The notes beneath the pieces are model-generated. The model had not been told where the DNA came from and searched no databases. It was given only the letters and a program-made list of their open reading frames with translations. DNA of 64,000 nucleotides from Octopus sinensis (lineage: Eukaryota), in the NCBI RefSeq assembly GCF_006345805.1, contig NC_042999.1, positions 167,710,001 to 167,774,000 on the forward strand, written 5' to 3'. The number at the start of each line of letters is the position of its first letter. Position 1 is the stretch's first letter. Shown here one piece after another: positions 24,763 to 38,664 of this stretch. The position numbers and the translations under genes were made by a program.

Positions 24763-25411
24763 TATATATATATTATGGTATTTTGTATGTGTGTGCGTGT
24801 GTGTATGTGTCTATCTATGTATGTTTGTGTATTACATATTCATATACATTAATACACACACTTATTCACATGCTCACATATGCGCGCGCGTCTGTGTGCG
24901 TATGCGTGTGCGTGTGTGTGTGTTATCTATATATATTTGTGTCTGGTAACAGGGTGGCCACCCAACCCTACTTGTCTTCAATTTCATATATAGAGCTAGA
25001 GTGGGATAACCCATCCATCCCTAACCCTCACACATATGGCATGTATCTGTCTGGTTATGAGGTTGTCCACCCCCTTCTCTACCCTTTACACTCGTATACC
25101 AGTGAGGCGGAAGATATAGTCGCTTCTGTATGATTTCTTTTGAAGGTTAATACACAGTAGTTCCCCTATATATTACCACATTACATTTGTACTGAACAGA
25201 ATTTACACTCAGCTCTCCCACCGCACTCTCTTATCCCCATCTTACACAGTACATTCAATTACTAAATTACACAGTATTTGCAGTTCTATACATAACTACA
25301 GTTTGCTACATTATATACAGTACTGTATATATTAATACACATGACTGCACATTGTGCCACTATAAGGACTAGAGAGGAGGGAACCTCTCATCTCTATCTT
25401 TCTCTCTTACT

Positions 25412-25444
<33 letters not shown>

Positions 25445-26628
25445 TTCTCTATCCATCTATCAGGTCGCAAAAACTTGTTAGAAATAATAGCCAAATTCTT
25501 TGAAATCACACACTATTGCTTTGAATGAAAGGGCACTTGATATATTTAGTCTTAGACATTGCAAAAATAAATAAATAAAGTGGATTGACCTGAGGTTAAA
25601 CAAGGACAGCAATCGCTCTTAAAATGTACATGAATAAATGAAGAAATTTGTAGGAATCGTAGTTACTTCTGCCTCAGTTCGCACCGAGTGTCCTAAAAAA
25701 ATGGAAGGATATAATGAAGTGAAAACGGAAAAATAGGACGAAATGATTACGGTTGGAAAGACTTGCTCATTCGGGGCTGCCATGAGTATATAAAAGCAAT
25801 TACTAGAATGTATTGTATGTAATTCTAATAAAGGTGGCCTTTGTCGTTCAGTTTGCTAGAAATGTGTATGGCTCATTGGATGTTGTTGTAGTCCTACAGA
25901 AGCTATGTATGAGGGAAAAAATGGGATGGTCGTGATTGCAACTTCTTTAATCAAAGATCTGATCAGGAATGGTCTAGGGTTAAAAGCAACAATAGTATAT
26001 TACTACTCTTCCTTGTAATGTTTATGACTTTTTTACACTTTGCTGTCGCAAAAAGAAAAAAGTACCTCCTTTGCTAGAGGAATTCACCGAGCAAAAAGCA
26101 AAGAGCCAAAGGAGAATTTTCGTATGTCCTCAAAAGAACAGTTCGAAAAAACTTTAAACGCTCACCGGCTAGTATCGGAAATATATGACGACATACAACA
26201 CTACGGCCACGTTCAAAGATATCGTCATTTTTTCGGCGCAGTGCCAGCACCGAATGAAAATTGATCGGATGAAATCTGTAATGACAGGCAGGTTCACAAA
26301 GTTCACAAGGCTATTCCAGGGCTGTCCCCCATTGTAAGGTAAGAAATGAAAGCAGTTAAGCCAGTGGTGGAAGACAAAACTCTAGTTGCTACACGTGTAA
26401 CTGTAAGAACCATTTGAGGTTCTTTTTGCTGAGAAGAAAGAAGCTGGCAGACAACAAACTGCTCAACAATAACATAGGATCCCAGAAATTCGTTGTTTCT
26501 TGAGCACACATGTTTCCGTTCCAAGGGTAGTGAAAGAAATTGTCCTATCGTCAAAGCTATAGTACAACCGTACTAACACGTTTTATACAGACTATAACGT
26601 GGTCGATTGCATCGGTTCACCTTTCAAT

Positions 26629-26665
<37 letters not shown>

Positions 26666-26673
26666 CATACATA

Positions 26674-26709
<36 letters not shown>

Positions 26710-26743
26710 TGTATGTATGTATGTATATATATATATATATATA

Positions 26744-28003
26744 TAAGGTCATCCCATAAGTTCTGTCCGATTTTACCTTTTTTAAAGTTGAATGATATTT
26801 AATAGTATTATAGAATGTCTAATGGAATTAAAAATTATTTTTATGTATTTGTGTGCATTTAAACTAATTAAATATTATTTTACAGAATAATAGAATTAAA
26901 ATTTCTTTGATTAAAACCCTTTCTAACTTGGAAGTATCCAAAGAGCATTTCAGGCACATAATGCTTTATGAGTACAAAAAAGGAAACTCTGCAGCTGAAG
27001 CGACTCGAAGCATACACTCAGTTTATGGGAAAGAATGCTTGAATGAAAGAACTTGCAGAAGATGGTTTGCAAAATTCAGAAGTGGAGATTTCAGCCTTGA
27101 AGATGAAGATCGAACAGGACGTCCAGTTGAGGTTGATAAGCTCCTTGAGAAAATCCTACATTGTCAGTTGAAGAATTGGCAATAAAGCTTTGTTCAAACC
27201 ATATAACTGTTCATGGTCATCTTCACCAACTTGGAAAGGTTCCTAAACTTGGAAAATGGGTACCTTATGGGTGTCCAAAAGCAATCGCAAATCCCGAGTT
27301 GACATCTGCTCTTCTCTACATTCTCGCGAACTCATTTCACCCATTTTGGATAGACTGGTGGCGAAAAATGGATCTTCTATCGAAATGTTACACGTCGTAA
27401 ACAGTGGTTTGGTAAAAGGGAAAAAGCTCAACCACAACCGAAAAGGGAACTTCATGGGAAAAAGGTTCTCTCTATCTGGTGGGATTGCAAAGGAGTAATT
27501 CACTTTGGATTGTTACCACCTAATGCAACAATCAATACTCAAGTCTACTGTCAGCAATTAGAGCGTTTGAACCAAGCTTTGAAGAAAAAAAGACCCGCTT
27601 TAGTGACTCGAAAAGGAGCGATGTCTCATCAGGACAATGCGCAACTCCACACTGCAAAGATCACATCACAGAAGATCGAAGAGCTTGGTTGGGAAAAAAT
27701 TCCCCATCCACCTTATTCTCCCGACCTTTCTCCTTCAGACTACCATTTGTTTCGTAGTTTACAGAATCATTTGGGGGACATAACTCTCGCAAGCCAGGAA
27801 GAGGTCAAAACTGACCTTTCAGAGTTCTTCGCTTTGAAATCAAAAGAGTATTACATTGATCGGATTAAAAAGCTTGTAAATAGATGGAAGGAAGTCATAG
27901 ATAATCAGGGAAAGTACATGGATGATTAAATTTTAATTAAATATCACATTTGATCACTTGTTTTCTTTATTCAAAATTCGGACAGAACTTATGGGATGAC
28001 CTG

Positions 28004-28004
<1 letters not shown>
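26744..28004 (+). mobile_element. Full-length mariner (DD34D) element with a frameshifted transposase
   Basis: TIRs T(A/C)AGGTCATCCCATAAGTTCTGTCCGA at 26744 and (reverse) ending at 28004, each flanked by TA. N-terminal EHFRHIMLYEYKKGNSAAEA..WFAKFRSGDFSLED; QDNA..YSPDLSPSDYHLF has 34 residues between the two Asp. Confidence 0.95.
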
Positions 28005-28037
<33 letters not shown>

Positions 28038-28169
28038 TATATATAGTTATATGATATATATATATATACACACACACACCACACACACACACACATAATA
28101 TATTATATATATATATACATATACACATACATACATATATATACATACACATACATTCATTCCTTTATT

Positions 28170-28565
28170 TGTTTCAGCCATTTGACAGCAGAGCACCCCC
28201 TTAAGGGGTTTTAGTCGAACAAATCGACCGCAGGACTTATTCTTTGTAAGCTTACTACTGATTCTATTGTTCTCTTTTGCCGAATTGCTAAGTTACGGGG
28301 ACATAAACACTGATTGCCAAGCGATGGCGGGGTGGGGTGGGGACAAACACAAAAACACAAATGTATATATACGAGGGGTGTATGAAAAGTTTTGACCCTT
28401 CAAGTCTTGTACCTTCATCAGAAGTCTTGTACCATGTTTTTCGAGGCTCAAGACTTTTCATACACCCTTCGTATATAATATACGACGGGCTTCTTCCAGT
28501 TTCCGTCTTCCAAACCACTCATAAGGCTTTGGTCAGCCCGAGGCTATAGTAGAAGACACTTGATC
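28170..28565 (-). mobile_element. SINE-B copy hosting a MITE
   Basis: Reverse SINE-B body around the internal TA tract. Confidence 0.75.
28372..28471. mobile_element. 100-bp Tc1/mariner-type MITE
   Basis: TIRs CGAGGGGTGTATGAAAAGT / ACTTTTCATACACCCTTCG, flanked by TA on both sides. Confidence 0.8.
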
Positions 28566-29515
28566 TAAATAGGAGATTGCCATGACTGGGACGCTTTTGA
28601 TCATAGATTAGCTCCATCGGGGCTAGCAACATCAACAACAACAACAGCAGCAATAGTATGCTACTGTATACGAACGTTGTTGTCTTGTACTGAGTTCAGT
28701 TCCCTCTGGGAACCACTTTGACTTCCATCTTCACCACCGCCATCGCCGTCGATTATAATAGGTGTCAGTTAATATACAGAAGTCGAGAGATTTCAGTCGC
28801 CCTTGCCCCCCCCCCCCCCCACCACCACCACCATCTTTCTCTCTCTCTCTCTCTCTCTCTCCTCTCTTTCTTTCTTTCTCTGGTGTACTTAAAGGAATCT
28901 GTGCTACTATAAATCCTGCTGCTTGCTTTCTACAACATTAAATCAGCTGTCTCAGACGAATTTACCATCTGGTTCTGTTCATTTGGTTGATCGTTGTTCG
29001 TAATAACGATGATGATGATGATGATCAGCGCTCATCGTCATAATCGTAGCTGTGATGGTGATGGTGTGGTGGTGTTGGAGAGATGTGGTGTAATGAAGTC
29101 AGCGATGAAGACAACGACGACGAATGTTATTTGGTATTATTTAGCCCCAGGTCAGTTCTGATTCAGCAAACCTATGATCAAAGGAATACTAACGGTTACC
29201 ACCCAGTGTTTATTATTTTTTAAACTTTTTTATTTTTTATTCATTTATCTATTTATTTGCACAGTTTGCCTCTGACAACATTATTCAATGTGTCCGTTTC
29301 TTAGACAACAGGGTGTGAACTGAAGGAAATTTGGCTGGTATTTCTGGCAGGGCCAAGAATCATGCTGAAGTATGTTTGTTGCTTTTACTATGGCGATAGT
29401 TTAGTAATTTAACTGTGACTATATAGTATTGATGGATCTAGTTGATTTGGCCGCCGTTTTCTGTTCGAATTGATTTCATATTCAGTGTAATGATACACTT
29501 TTATAGGGTAATGAA

Positions 29516-29682
29516 TGACGTGAAAATCATTTTCGCTATAAATCAATAAATAAAGAGTTAGTAGCAATTAAAGTTTGAAGATTTTGAGTAACTTCAGCCA
29601 ATCGTAAACCAGACATATTCATGCTTGTTTCCATAGTAACAAGCCAAACATGAGAACACTTTTGTCAGCGAGAAAGCACGTG
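29516..29682. promoter_or_regulatory. Candidate promoter/enhancer with an RFX X-box
   Basis: GTTTCCATAGTAAC (29627-29640) fits the X-box consensus. CCAAT at 29598, CRE-like TGACGTGA at 29516 and E-box CACGTG at 29677, all in apparently non-repetitive DNA. Confidence 0.35.
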
Positions 29683-30624
29683 TGTTGACGCGATGCCGAG
29701 TGCGTTGATGCTGTGTTCTCTTGCTTGTACCCATCTGTTGCTTGAACGCTGGTCGTGAGATGTGCTATAAGTAACAGCTAAATAGGCCTTAAATCACGCC
29801 CCCCCCCCATTTAAACATTTTTTGTATAATCGTATGAATTCCCATGTGTAAAGTACAAATTCGTAAAAATTTTCTGAAAATTCCATATTTTAAAAAAGTT
29901 ATGAGGGGCTGAATTTGATTTGTTTCTAATTTCATATAAAAACACGTACTATTCTCAGAATTTTGACAACAGGTGCAGCCACGCACAAAATGACAGCTTC
30001 TAAATCCTGTTTCCTGACTGGGTGGAAATGATCAAACTTTAAACTTCTATAACTTTTTAAAAGCATTTTTCTGGGGGAAAGTGAAATAACTCCAGTAATT
30101 CAGCTTGGAATAGTATATAAATGTGCCAAATTTTAAAATTTTCGATAAACTTTAATTTTTTAAATGCTGACAGCCAAACCAACTAAATCCGCACTGATTA
30201 TTGTTGCTGCTGTTGTTATTGTTGTTGTTGTGGCGGTGGTTTTTGTTTGGGTGATAGTATTAGTTAGTGAAGAATAGCAATGGCATTTAGTCTTAATTAG
30301 TCAATTAAATTAGTGATAGGCCACCATTAGTGGTGACTTTGGTTGTGCCGCCGAGTCGTTTAGATTACCAGAAACTGGTCAAAATGGCAGCATCCAAATT
30401 ACCAGAGACTGATCAAAATAGCAGCAACCAAATCTCCCGCAAATGACAGCATACAGTCTTCAAAGAAAGAAGTCTACATGATCGAATGTAGGACAAGCTA
30501 CAATTATTATGTCTGAAAAAATAAAGAGTCAAAGACAGGAAATTCACGACAAACATTTTGTTTTTAATCATAAATCTCTTTAATCAGAATTGACAGGGTG
30601 GTAAAGAAAAAAAAAAAGTAAAGT

Positions 30625-30837
30625 CACCTTCTCAAGTCATGGCGACTCATAAGGCTCGGTTTCCCGGCTTATAAATTCTCCACCGGGCAGGTAGCGGTCT
30701 GTCGCAAGATTACTCAATTTTGCCAGTCACGTGAAAATCAAGTGTTTTGCATAGGAACACAACGCGTTGCCGGGTCCAGGAATCGAAACTACAATCTTAA
30801 GTCCAGCACCCTAACCACTAAGACACGTGCCTCCACA
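30625..30837 (-). mobile_element. Decayed tRNA-type SINE of another family
   Basis: Reverse tRNA-like head (CTTAGTGGTTAGGGTGCTGG..GTTTCGATTCCTGGACC). Confidence 0.55.
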
Positions 30838-30863
30838 GAGATAACCGGGGACTAAACAACTAT

Positions 30864-31160
30864 ATGGAAGCACTCCGTCGGTTACGACGATGAGGGTTCC
30901 GGTTGATCCGAATCAACGGAACAGCCTGCTCGTGAAATTAACGTGTAAGTGGCTGAGCACTCCACAGACACGTGTACCCTTAACGTAGTTCTCGGGGATA
31001 TTCAGCGTGACACAGAGAGTGACAAGGCTGGCCCTTTGAAATACAGGTACAACAGAAACAGGAAGTAAGAGTGAGAGAAAGTTGTGGTGAAAGAGTACAG
31101 CAGGGATCACCACCATCCCCTGCCGATGCCTCGTGGAGCTTTAGGTGTTTTCGTTCAATA
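30864..31160 (-). mobile_element. SINE family C, head-truncated
   Basis: Nearly identical to 41051-41345. Confidence 0.85.
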
Positions 31161-31704
31161 CTATAAACAGCGTGATCAGTGCATACAGTAAATATTGTTT
31201 CTTGATCTTGCAGTGTAAAGTTCAACTCCTTTTGTTGGCCTGGCTCGTTATTTGGTTGCTACATCACTGAATAATTTATCTTTTCATTTTGTTACAGTGT
31301 TCAGTTTGAGGACTGAGTTGTCGTTTAGCATCTTGGTTAGTTCTCATTGAACATACATATTACGAAGGTCAGGATATAAGCATCTTGTCATATTCTAACT
31401 ATGAGCTATGACCGAATGCGTTATATATGCAAATCAGTCCATCCGATTTACTTGCAGCTCTTAACGATATAGCACAGTATCTCTGAAAACGCTGCTTATA
31501 CACCAACAACTCAGTTGCTAAGGAAAGCCCAACATAGGATTAAAACCAGTGTGGGATGAAAACGCATATAAGACAAGATGTTTACGTAGCCATTTGAAAT
31601 TTGAAAACTAGTTTCAAAATCCCTATTTTGTTTTAGCCACCAGAGTAACTTGGATCTTTCGAAAGGAAATTTTTACATTATTCAGAACATATGAAAGAAA
31701 GAAG

Positions 31705-32105
31705 GCGCAGGCGTGGCTGTGTGGTACGGAGCTTGCTTCTTCACCACATGATTCCGGTTTCAGTCCCACTGCGTGGCACCTTGGTCAAGTGTCTTCTATT
31801 GTAGCTTTGGGCCGACCAAAGCCTTGTGAGTGGATTTGGTTGGCTGAAAGAAGCCCATCATATATATATATATATATATAGCGGGGTGGGAATTTGTGTC
31901 TGTATTTTCCCTCCATCACCGCTTGACAACCGGTGTTGGTGTGTTTACGTCATCGTAACGTAGCCGTTCAGCAAAACACACCGATAGAATATGTACTAGG
32001 TTTTTTTTAAAAATAAGTTCTGGGCTTGATTTGTTCGACTAAAACCCTTCAAGGCGGTGCTCCAGCATGGCTGCAGTCAAATGACTGAAACAAGTAAAAG
32101 AATAA
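31705..32105 (+). mobile_element. SINE-B copy
   Basis: GGCGCAGGCGTGGCTGTGTGG head and GGCGGTGCTCCAGCATGG..GAAACAAGTAAAAGA tail. Confidence 0.85.
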
Positions 32106-32654
32106 GAGAAAAGTCTGAAAAGAAGCATGCACGTTTTGGAGAAACTATCAAAATGATTGAAACTGGCAAAGGGATAAAACAGGACCCTATTAACGCCTCG
32201 AAGCAATTCAGTTTTTTTTATTATTTGTTTCTTTGTTTCATTTTATTTATTTATTTTGTTTAACTCCAGGTCACGCAGACCTATTATTAAAGGCTTTCCA
32301 GTTGTGATAAGTCTTTCTTTTAAGGAGTATCTAGAACTACATAATCTAAAGTGGTGTTCCTTTATTACGATGTTAGGATGAGATTTGAAGGGGAACTTGG
32401 TTGCAACTTCTTGTTGCTCGAAACAACTCACTACGTTGAAGAGTTCTAGAAGAAGCATGTGAGACTATGTTGTCCAATGCAGCATATCCTGAAGATGGTC
32501 GGTTCGTGCTGTTGGAATTTCGTTGTTGTTTCTAACAGTTTGATGGGGTCTCGTAAAGGGTCTGTACCCCGTATTCACTTGAGATGGCATTAACGGTGAT
32601 CGTCGTTGTCGTTGTATAAGGGATGGTAATTTAATCTATTTCTGCATGCTGTGA

Positions 32655-32713
32655 ACGGGTGGTGGTGGTGGTGGTGGTGGTGGTGGTAGTGGTAGTGGTA
32701 GTAGTAGTAGTAA

Positions 32714-32750
<37 letters not shown>

Positions 32751-33375
32751 CGTGGTTGTCGTGTTATAGTCATTGTTAATATTTAACCCTGAGTCTGACC
32801 AGAGAGAGACCTGTGATCAAAGGCATTCCAATATAGGAATTGGTTCTGACAAATCAAGACATATGATTACAAATATTCTAACCATGACCATCCCATCTTT
32901 TCCCAGTGTATAGGAAGCCGAGAACCACATCATCCACTGTGTCCTGTTTTTTTAAGTTTTGTAGGATGTGACTGGAAGAAGATTTAGCAGCTATTTTTAG
33001 CACGTCGATCGACAATGTAATAAAGGCTTGTTTGATGCCGTTATTGCTCTTCTTGGTAATGGTGGTGATGGTGGTGGTGGTAAGAGCAGTGGTGATGGTA
33101 GGGACGATGGCGACGGCGATAATTGTAGTGGTGATGACAATGGTGATGGTTAGTATGTTTTCAGCAACGCTGATGCTGTTGGTGGTGGTGGTGGTGGTGG
33201 TTGTAGTGGTGGTGGTGGTGGTTGTGGTGGTGGTGGTTGTAGTGGTGGTGGTGGTGGTGGTGTAGTGGTGGTGGTGGTGGTGGTGGTGGTGGTGGTGGTG
33301 GTTGTAGTGGTGGTGGTGGTGGTTGTAGTGGTGGTGGTGGTGTGGTGGTGGTTGTGGTGGTGGTGGCGGTGGTAG
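32655..33375. repeat. (GGT)n/(AGT)n trinucleotide tracts (32655-32750 and 33050-33375)
   Basis: Direct reading. Explains the poly-T/H/V ORFs. Confidence 0.9.
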
Positions 33376-34249
33376 GAAGGATATAGTTTGTCTTGAAGCT
33401 GTCATAAACACGACGAGAATTTGATATGTCAGACTAGATTTGACCCTTCTGTCAGCACTGAATGTACTGTAGCATCGGATTGCTTACCCCTTACTAACGG
33501 GACCACACTGACTCCCTACATAACACACACACACACACACACAATAATCTAGTTGTAGAGGTCGCATTTTATTCGAATGCATGTAATCATTAGTACCGGG
33601 GCCGCCGAGGTCGACTTTGCCTTTCATCCTTTCGAGGTCGATGAAATAAGTACCAGTGGAACACTGGGCCCTATCTCTCTAATTTCAGGCCTTGTGCCAA
33701 AGTTTGAAATCATTATTACCTGCCAACTGACCTTCTGACTCGTTACGTTTTGAGTTCAAATTCCGCTGAAGTCAGCTTTGGCTCACATCTTTTCGGAGTC
33801 GATTAAATAAGTACCAGTTGAGCGCTAAACGATTTTACGCTCACACCCTCCACACCAAATCTCTGGTCTTATATAGAATTATACTTTCCAATTGAATAGA
33901 ATTTACTTTGCTAATGAAGTCTAAGAAGTCCGAAGCTTGTCTAGTGCATTCACCACGTTGCCTTTAAAGACCAGATCCTATATTACAATTTCTATATTTT
34001 CCATTTTCTTCTTTTCCAAATAATTGATCTTGTTGAAGTTATTACCCTTTCTAGAATTTATATTTTAAAGTATGCCTGGAGACGGTTTTGTCCATTACCT
34101 GCTTAGATAATCTCAGTTAATCGAAGTTTTTCAATTCACTGTATTACATTACCATACTGATTTGTATCTAGTCTGCAGAAGGAGCACCTAAAATATTTTC
34201 TCTAACCCGTATTATTGATTATCATAATCAGATTCACTACATTTCCCGA

Positions 34250-34665
34250 TATATATATATACATATATATATATATACATATATATATATACATATATAT
34301 ATATACATATATATATACACATATATATACACACATATATATATACATATATATATACACATATATATATACATATATATATACACATATATATATACAC
34401 ATATATATACATATATATATACACATATATATATACACATATATATATTACACATATATAGAATACACAAAATATATATACACATATATATATACACATA
34501 TATATAACATATATATTATATTATATATATATACTTATATATACATATATATATATACCTATACATATATACATATTACATATATATATACATTATATAT
34601 ACATATATATATACATATATATATACATATATATATATATATATTATAATATATATATATATAAT
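34250..34665. repeat. Complex (TA)/(CATA) microsatellite
   Basis: Direct reading. Confidence 0.95.
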
Positions 34666-34809
34666 CATAAATGAGGGTGAAAAATTAGATATTAATTTAA
34701 TATACCATCAGTTTAACACCAAGACTTAGCACATAAAAAACCAGGGAGACAATACAAATTTATACTTAAATATAAGAGAGTTACCGCTAGTGGTTAACTC
34801 TAGTGCTAA

Positions 34810-34866
<57 letters not shown>

Positions 34867-35139
34867 TATATAATATAATATGCATATATGGGTAACAGGA
34901 CGTCACAAAACGTAAACAAGATGAAATGCGAAAACATGAATTACGAAATACGAAAACAACATGAAATACGAAGGCAAACTTGGGTATGCGAACAACGAGA
35001 GAAACATGGATAACAAGACAACCAACATAAAGAACGACCCTTCATCAGTTGTCGGCTGTCCATCTTCTCCACATTTCGAGCAATCCCTGTCTTTCTTTTT
35101 TCACGCCAATCCTTGACACGCTCTCTTTCTTCTCCCCCT

Positions 35140-35305
35140 CCTTAATTCCTTGTTCCTCTTTTTCTCTCTCTTCTCTCCCTCTTTAATACCTCTGTTCCTC
35201 TTTTTCTCTCTCTTCTCCCCCTCTTTAATTCATTTGCTCCTCTTTTTCTCTCTCTTCTCTCCCTCCTTAATACCTCTGTTCCTTTTTTTCTCTCTCTTCT
35301 CTTCT
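35140..35305. repeat. ~42-bp pyrimidine-rich minisatellite (~4 units)
   Basis: Unit approximately TTAATACCTCTGTTCCTCTTTTTCTCTCTCTTCTCTCCCTCC. Confidence 0.85.
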
Positions 35306-35399
35306 CACGTGACCGCTGGCCAACTATAGCCCTTTCGCTTCGGACCAACCGCCACGATAACATCGCTTTCTTCGTCTGCTGTAAAGGCCTTATTTTCCA

Positions 35400-35765
35400 A
35401 TACGCTAGCTGAATTCAATTCGTTTCTAGTCGAAAGACGCCTGTTGTTATGTCCTGTTATTATTATTATTATTATTGTTTTTTGTATTTATATTCGTATT
35501 ATCTTTTTTTTTTTTTGTATCTATATTCGTGTAACATCGTCCGTTTTTCTGTCCTTGTTTCGTATACATTCGATCCTTTTTCCAAGAAATCTAATGCTCG
35601 TAGCTTAGTTTTTCCTTGGGGTTGGCCAGATTGGAGCAATCTCAAGATTAATCAGCCGAAATTGCGAGGATGATCCGGTTCTTGACTGAAGATTAGAGGC
35701 TTCGAATGACCCGTCCGTTTTTGTATCGACTATTTGAATGTTTTGCGTTCTTGTCCCATTTTGTA
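35400..35765 (+). mobile_element. Tx1-like LINE 3' UTR fragment
   Basis: Shares GGAGCAATCTCAAGATTAATCAGCC..GAAATTGC with 22240-22275 and its 5' portion with 54240-54405. Confidence 0.7.
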
Positions 35766-35793
35766 TGTATATATATACACACCACACACACCA

Positions 35794-35845
<52 letters not shown>

Positions 35846-36309
35846 CACTACATAGGACGGTTCTAAACTAAACGGCAGCATTGTATATATAGAACAAGGG
35901 ATCTCATCGAGTCATTCTACTGATTGCATTGGTTCGAGCTATATACATTAAACGCATGTCCGGTGGTAAGAAATTCCTTTTAGTGTTACAAGATTCCTGA
36001 TTCGATCCCACAGTGTTGCACCTTGGCCACATACCATTTAACATAGTTTCAAGGCATTGTAAATAAAACTGGGTAGACAGAAACTGTGCGGAAGTGCGTT
36101 GAATAGATTGTGTCTGTAATTCAAAGGTCCACCTTCCCACACTGTGTGGTACTGATTCAGCCTTAGAATTATGTCAAGGTTACACGTTTCTTTGAAATAC
36201 TTAGCCACTAGTTCAACAAACAAGTAATTCAGGTAATGATTGGATAGCCACTCTTCAAAGTATATAAACTTTTCATCCTTCTGTCCCCGAAGGACCTTGA
36301 TGAAATGGC

Positions 36310-37620
36310 TCGCCTAGTTTTGTATATAAATATTGCATATTAGAAAATATGATAAATTTAATGTAATTAACAGGTTGTTTATGACGCCTGTTCTGTGAAA
36401 AGTATACAAGTATGTTTCATAATTGGCCACACAGGGCTGAACACGGAGGGGACAAAATACAAAGTAGAGCTTTTCTTTTTGGGAAGAGAAGAAGGAAAAA
36501 AAGGGGGTAGAAATTCGATCAAAAGGGATCGTTAAAAAAAACAAAGGCTGATCAATAGGGATCGTGTATCACAGAAAGTCATAGTGTAGTGTAAAAAGGG
36601 GAAACAGATGAGGTTTATCCGTAGAAAGAAAAACCTACGGAAAAGACCACGGTAACTTCGGGCAATAATGTCATGCAAAAAAAACGCATTACAGTAAATG
36701 ACTCTCTTTTTTCTCTCCCCCCACCTTTTTTGGGGGGGGGGATCATAGGATTATGCTCAAGGTGGCTCAGTCATTCACACGTGCCATCCTTGCAATATTC
36801 AACCGTTTTCTTTTGAAACATTCACTAGACAAAACTTCCCTCTCTACTTTCACCTTCCTCTCCAAGTGATACTTGAAGAAGTTGATGAGAGATTCACCAG
36901 AGATGAAAGTGTTTGTCTCTAGACCCTTCAGACGTGTCCACCATACACATTCTCTCGCCATAGCCACAAGTATGATGAAAATGGCTCTTCGTTCCCGTTT
37001 CAAGGAAGGAGGCGCGACGATATTCACCATAGACTCGGTTAATAAACTGACTCGTCCCACACGCGATAACAGTCGTTCGAAATAGGCCCAAAGGTCAGAA
37101 ATGGCTGGACACAGTACGAGTGCGTACAGAACGGTTCTGACCGCATCTCGGGCAGGTCGGCCCAGTGTTTCTCGAGCCATGCCTGTAGAGCTTATCCCGA
37201 ACGGGTAGCGCTTCTCGATAGCACTGCCAGGCCAGGGATCTCTGGAAGTTGTCCATGGGCCCTGGCCCGAAAGTCGTCCTGAACAGGCGAGTCAAGTATT
37301 CCTCGTCGACGCCCAGGTTCGCCCCGAGATCCTCGTCGTACCTCCCCTCCACTAATCCCCTATAGTATACTTTAGTTGTGTTGTAGTCGCTCAAGGTCGA
37401 CCCAGGACGGCAAAGTTGCTCGAGAGCAACGCGACACTCGCGGTGCCATTCGCCCTTCCTCGGCCTCTTTTTGATCCACGACAGTAGTTCGGTCATGGAG
37501 ACGAGCTGCGGGAAAGCGCGCCTCACAAACGGCGACCACACCTGTTCACCGTCGTCTACGTAGAGCCGGAGATGTCGTAGTCTCAGCGCATGTCTGTGTA
37601 TCATCAACCACGGTAGCCAT
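36310..37620 (-). pseudogene. L1/Tx1-clade LINE 3' part (ORF2 C-terminal zinc-finger region plus 3' UTR)
   Basis: ORFs 37095-37607 (HRHALRLRHL..MDNFQRSLAWQCYREALPVRDKLYR..CPRCGQ) and 36767-37180 (WWTRLKG..FFKYHLERKVKVE). Confidence 0.85.
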
Positions 37621-38664
37621 CCTTTTAAAGGGTGTTGGCAGCAAACGGATCTTTATCTTGCAGTGTTGTTAATGTCAGATTTAGATGAAGAGAGACCCAA
37701 AGGTATTTATTTCATTTTTAAAGCCCCTCTCAAACTTCCACATTTTTTTACTACAATTATATATACACAGAGGCCCCAAAGATTTTGAAACAATGTATGT
37801 ATGTGATAGACGTGGTGGAGAACGATGGGTTTATATAGTGTCCGTCTACGAAATTCCTCACACGAGATGTTGGTCTCCTCGAGGCTGTAATAGAAAACAC
37901 TCAAGATGTCACTTCGTGGCATCAAATGTGGAATCCCGTCTGCGAAATAAAGTTCTTAATCATACGACCATATCTGTAGAGAAAAAACGTTTCCGTTTCT
38001 TTTTACTTTGTCAATATTTATTTTACTATGAATTCGACAAGATGGCAGAACCGCTAGCATGCTGGGCAACAATGCCTATTGGCATTTCTTCAGGTTTTAC
38101 TTTGTCTTCTGAGATCAAATTCCGCCACGGTCGACATCGCTTTTCATCCTTCGGGATCGATAAAGTAAGTACCAGGGTCGATGTAATCCAGTAACCCCTT
38201 CCCCCAAAATTTCAAATTTTGTGCCTTTTGAAGAAAGAATTATTTCTTTTACTAAGCCATTTACTTCGGAGTGTACCTACTGTGGTTCCTCTGCCATAAC
38301 TTATCAGCCCTTTTTGTATCAGCCCCTTTCTTGTCTGTGCACGTACTAGACATACCCTAATCTATATAAGCTTCGGGACTGCTGGTTCTTCGTGTATTGA
38401 TCAGTTCACTGGTTTTCTAACACCAGTCCCCTTAACTTCCAACGTATGGTAATTTATGATTACAACGGAGTGATTCTCAAACTGATAAATACCCATCTCA
38501 CCAAGACATTTCCGAAATTTCCCGCTCCTCTCTCACCTCTAAAATAGAAAGACAAAACTGAGCATCCATATAATCTGCTTTCTTCACTATGGTATTATTG
38601 GAACTTCAAACAATGATAATTTTATTAAATACGACAATTTGTCCGCCTTCCTCCTATTTCACTC

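Noticed and set aside
24940-25372. Possible solo LTR
   Set aside because: No clear TG..CA ends with a matching TSD, and no second copy in the window.
26040-26560. Coding-like fragments
   Set aside because: No recognisable motif in any frame.
28395-28450. Hammerhead-like words inside the 100-bp MITE
   Set aside because: Extra As after GAAA and no stem I; likely coincidence.
32878-33411. Poly-His/Thr/Pro ORF of 177 aa
   Set aside because: Translation of (GGT)n/(GTA)n repeats with no unique domain.
35030-35085. Minus-strand GAAA..CUGAUGA arrangement read as a type II hammerhead
   Set aside because: Stems I and III do not pair and there is no valid NUH triplet; it may still be a PLE terminal fragment.
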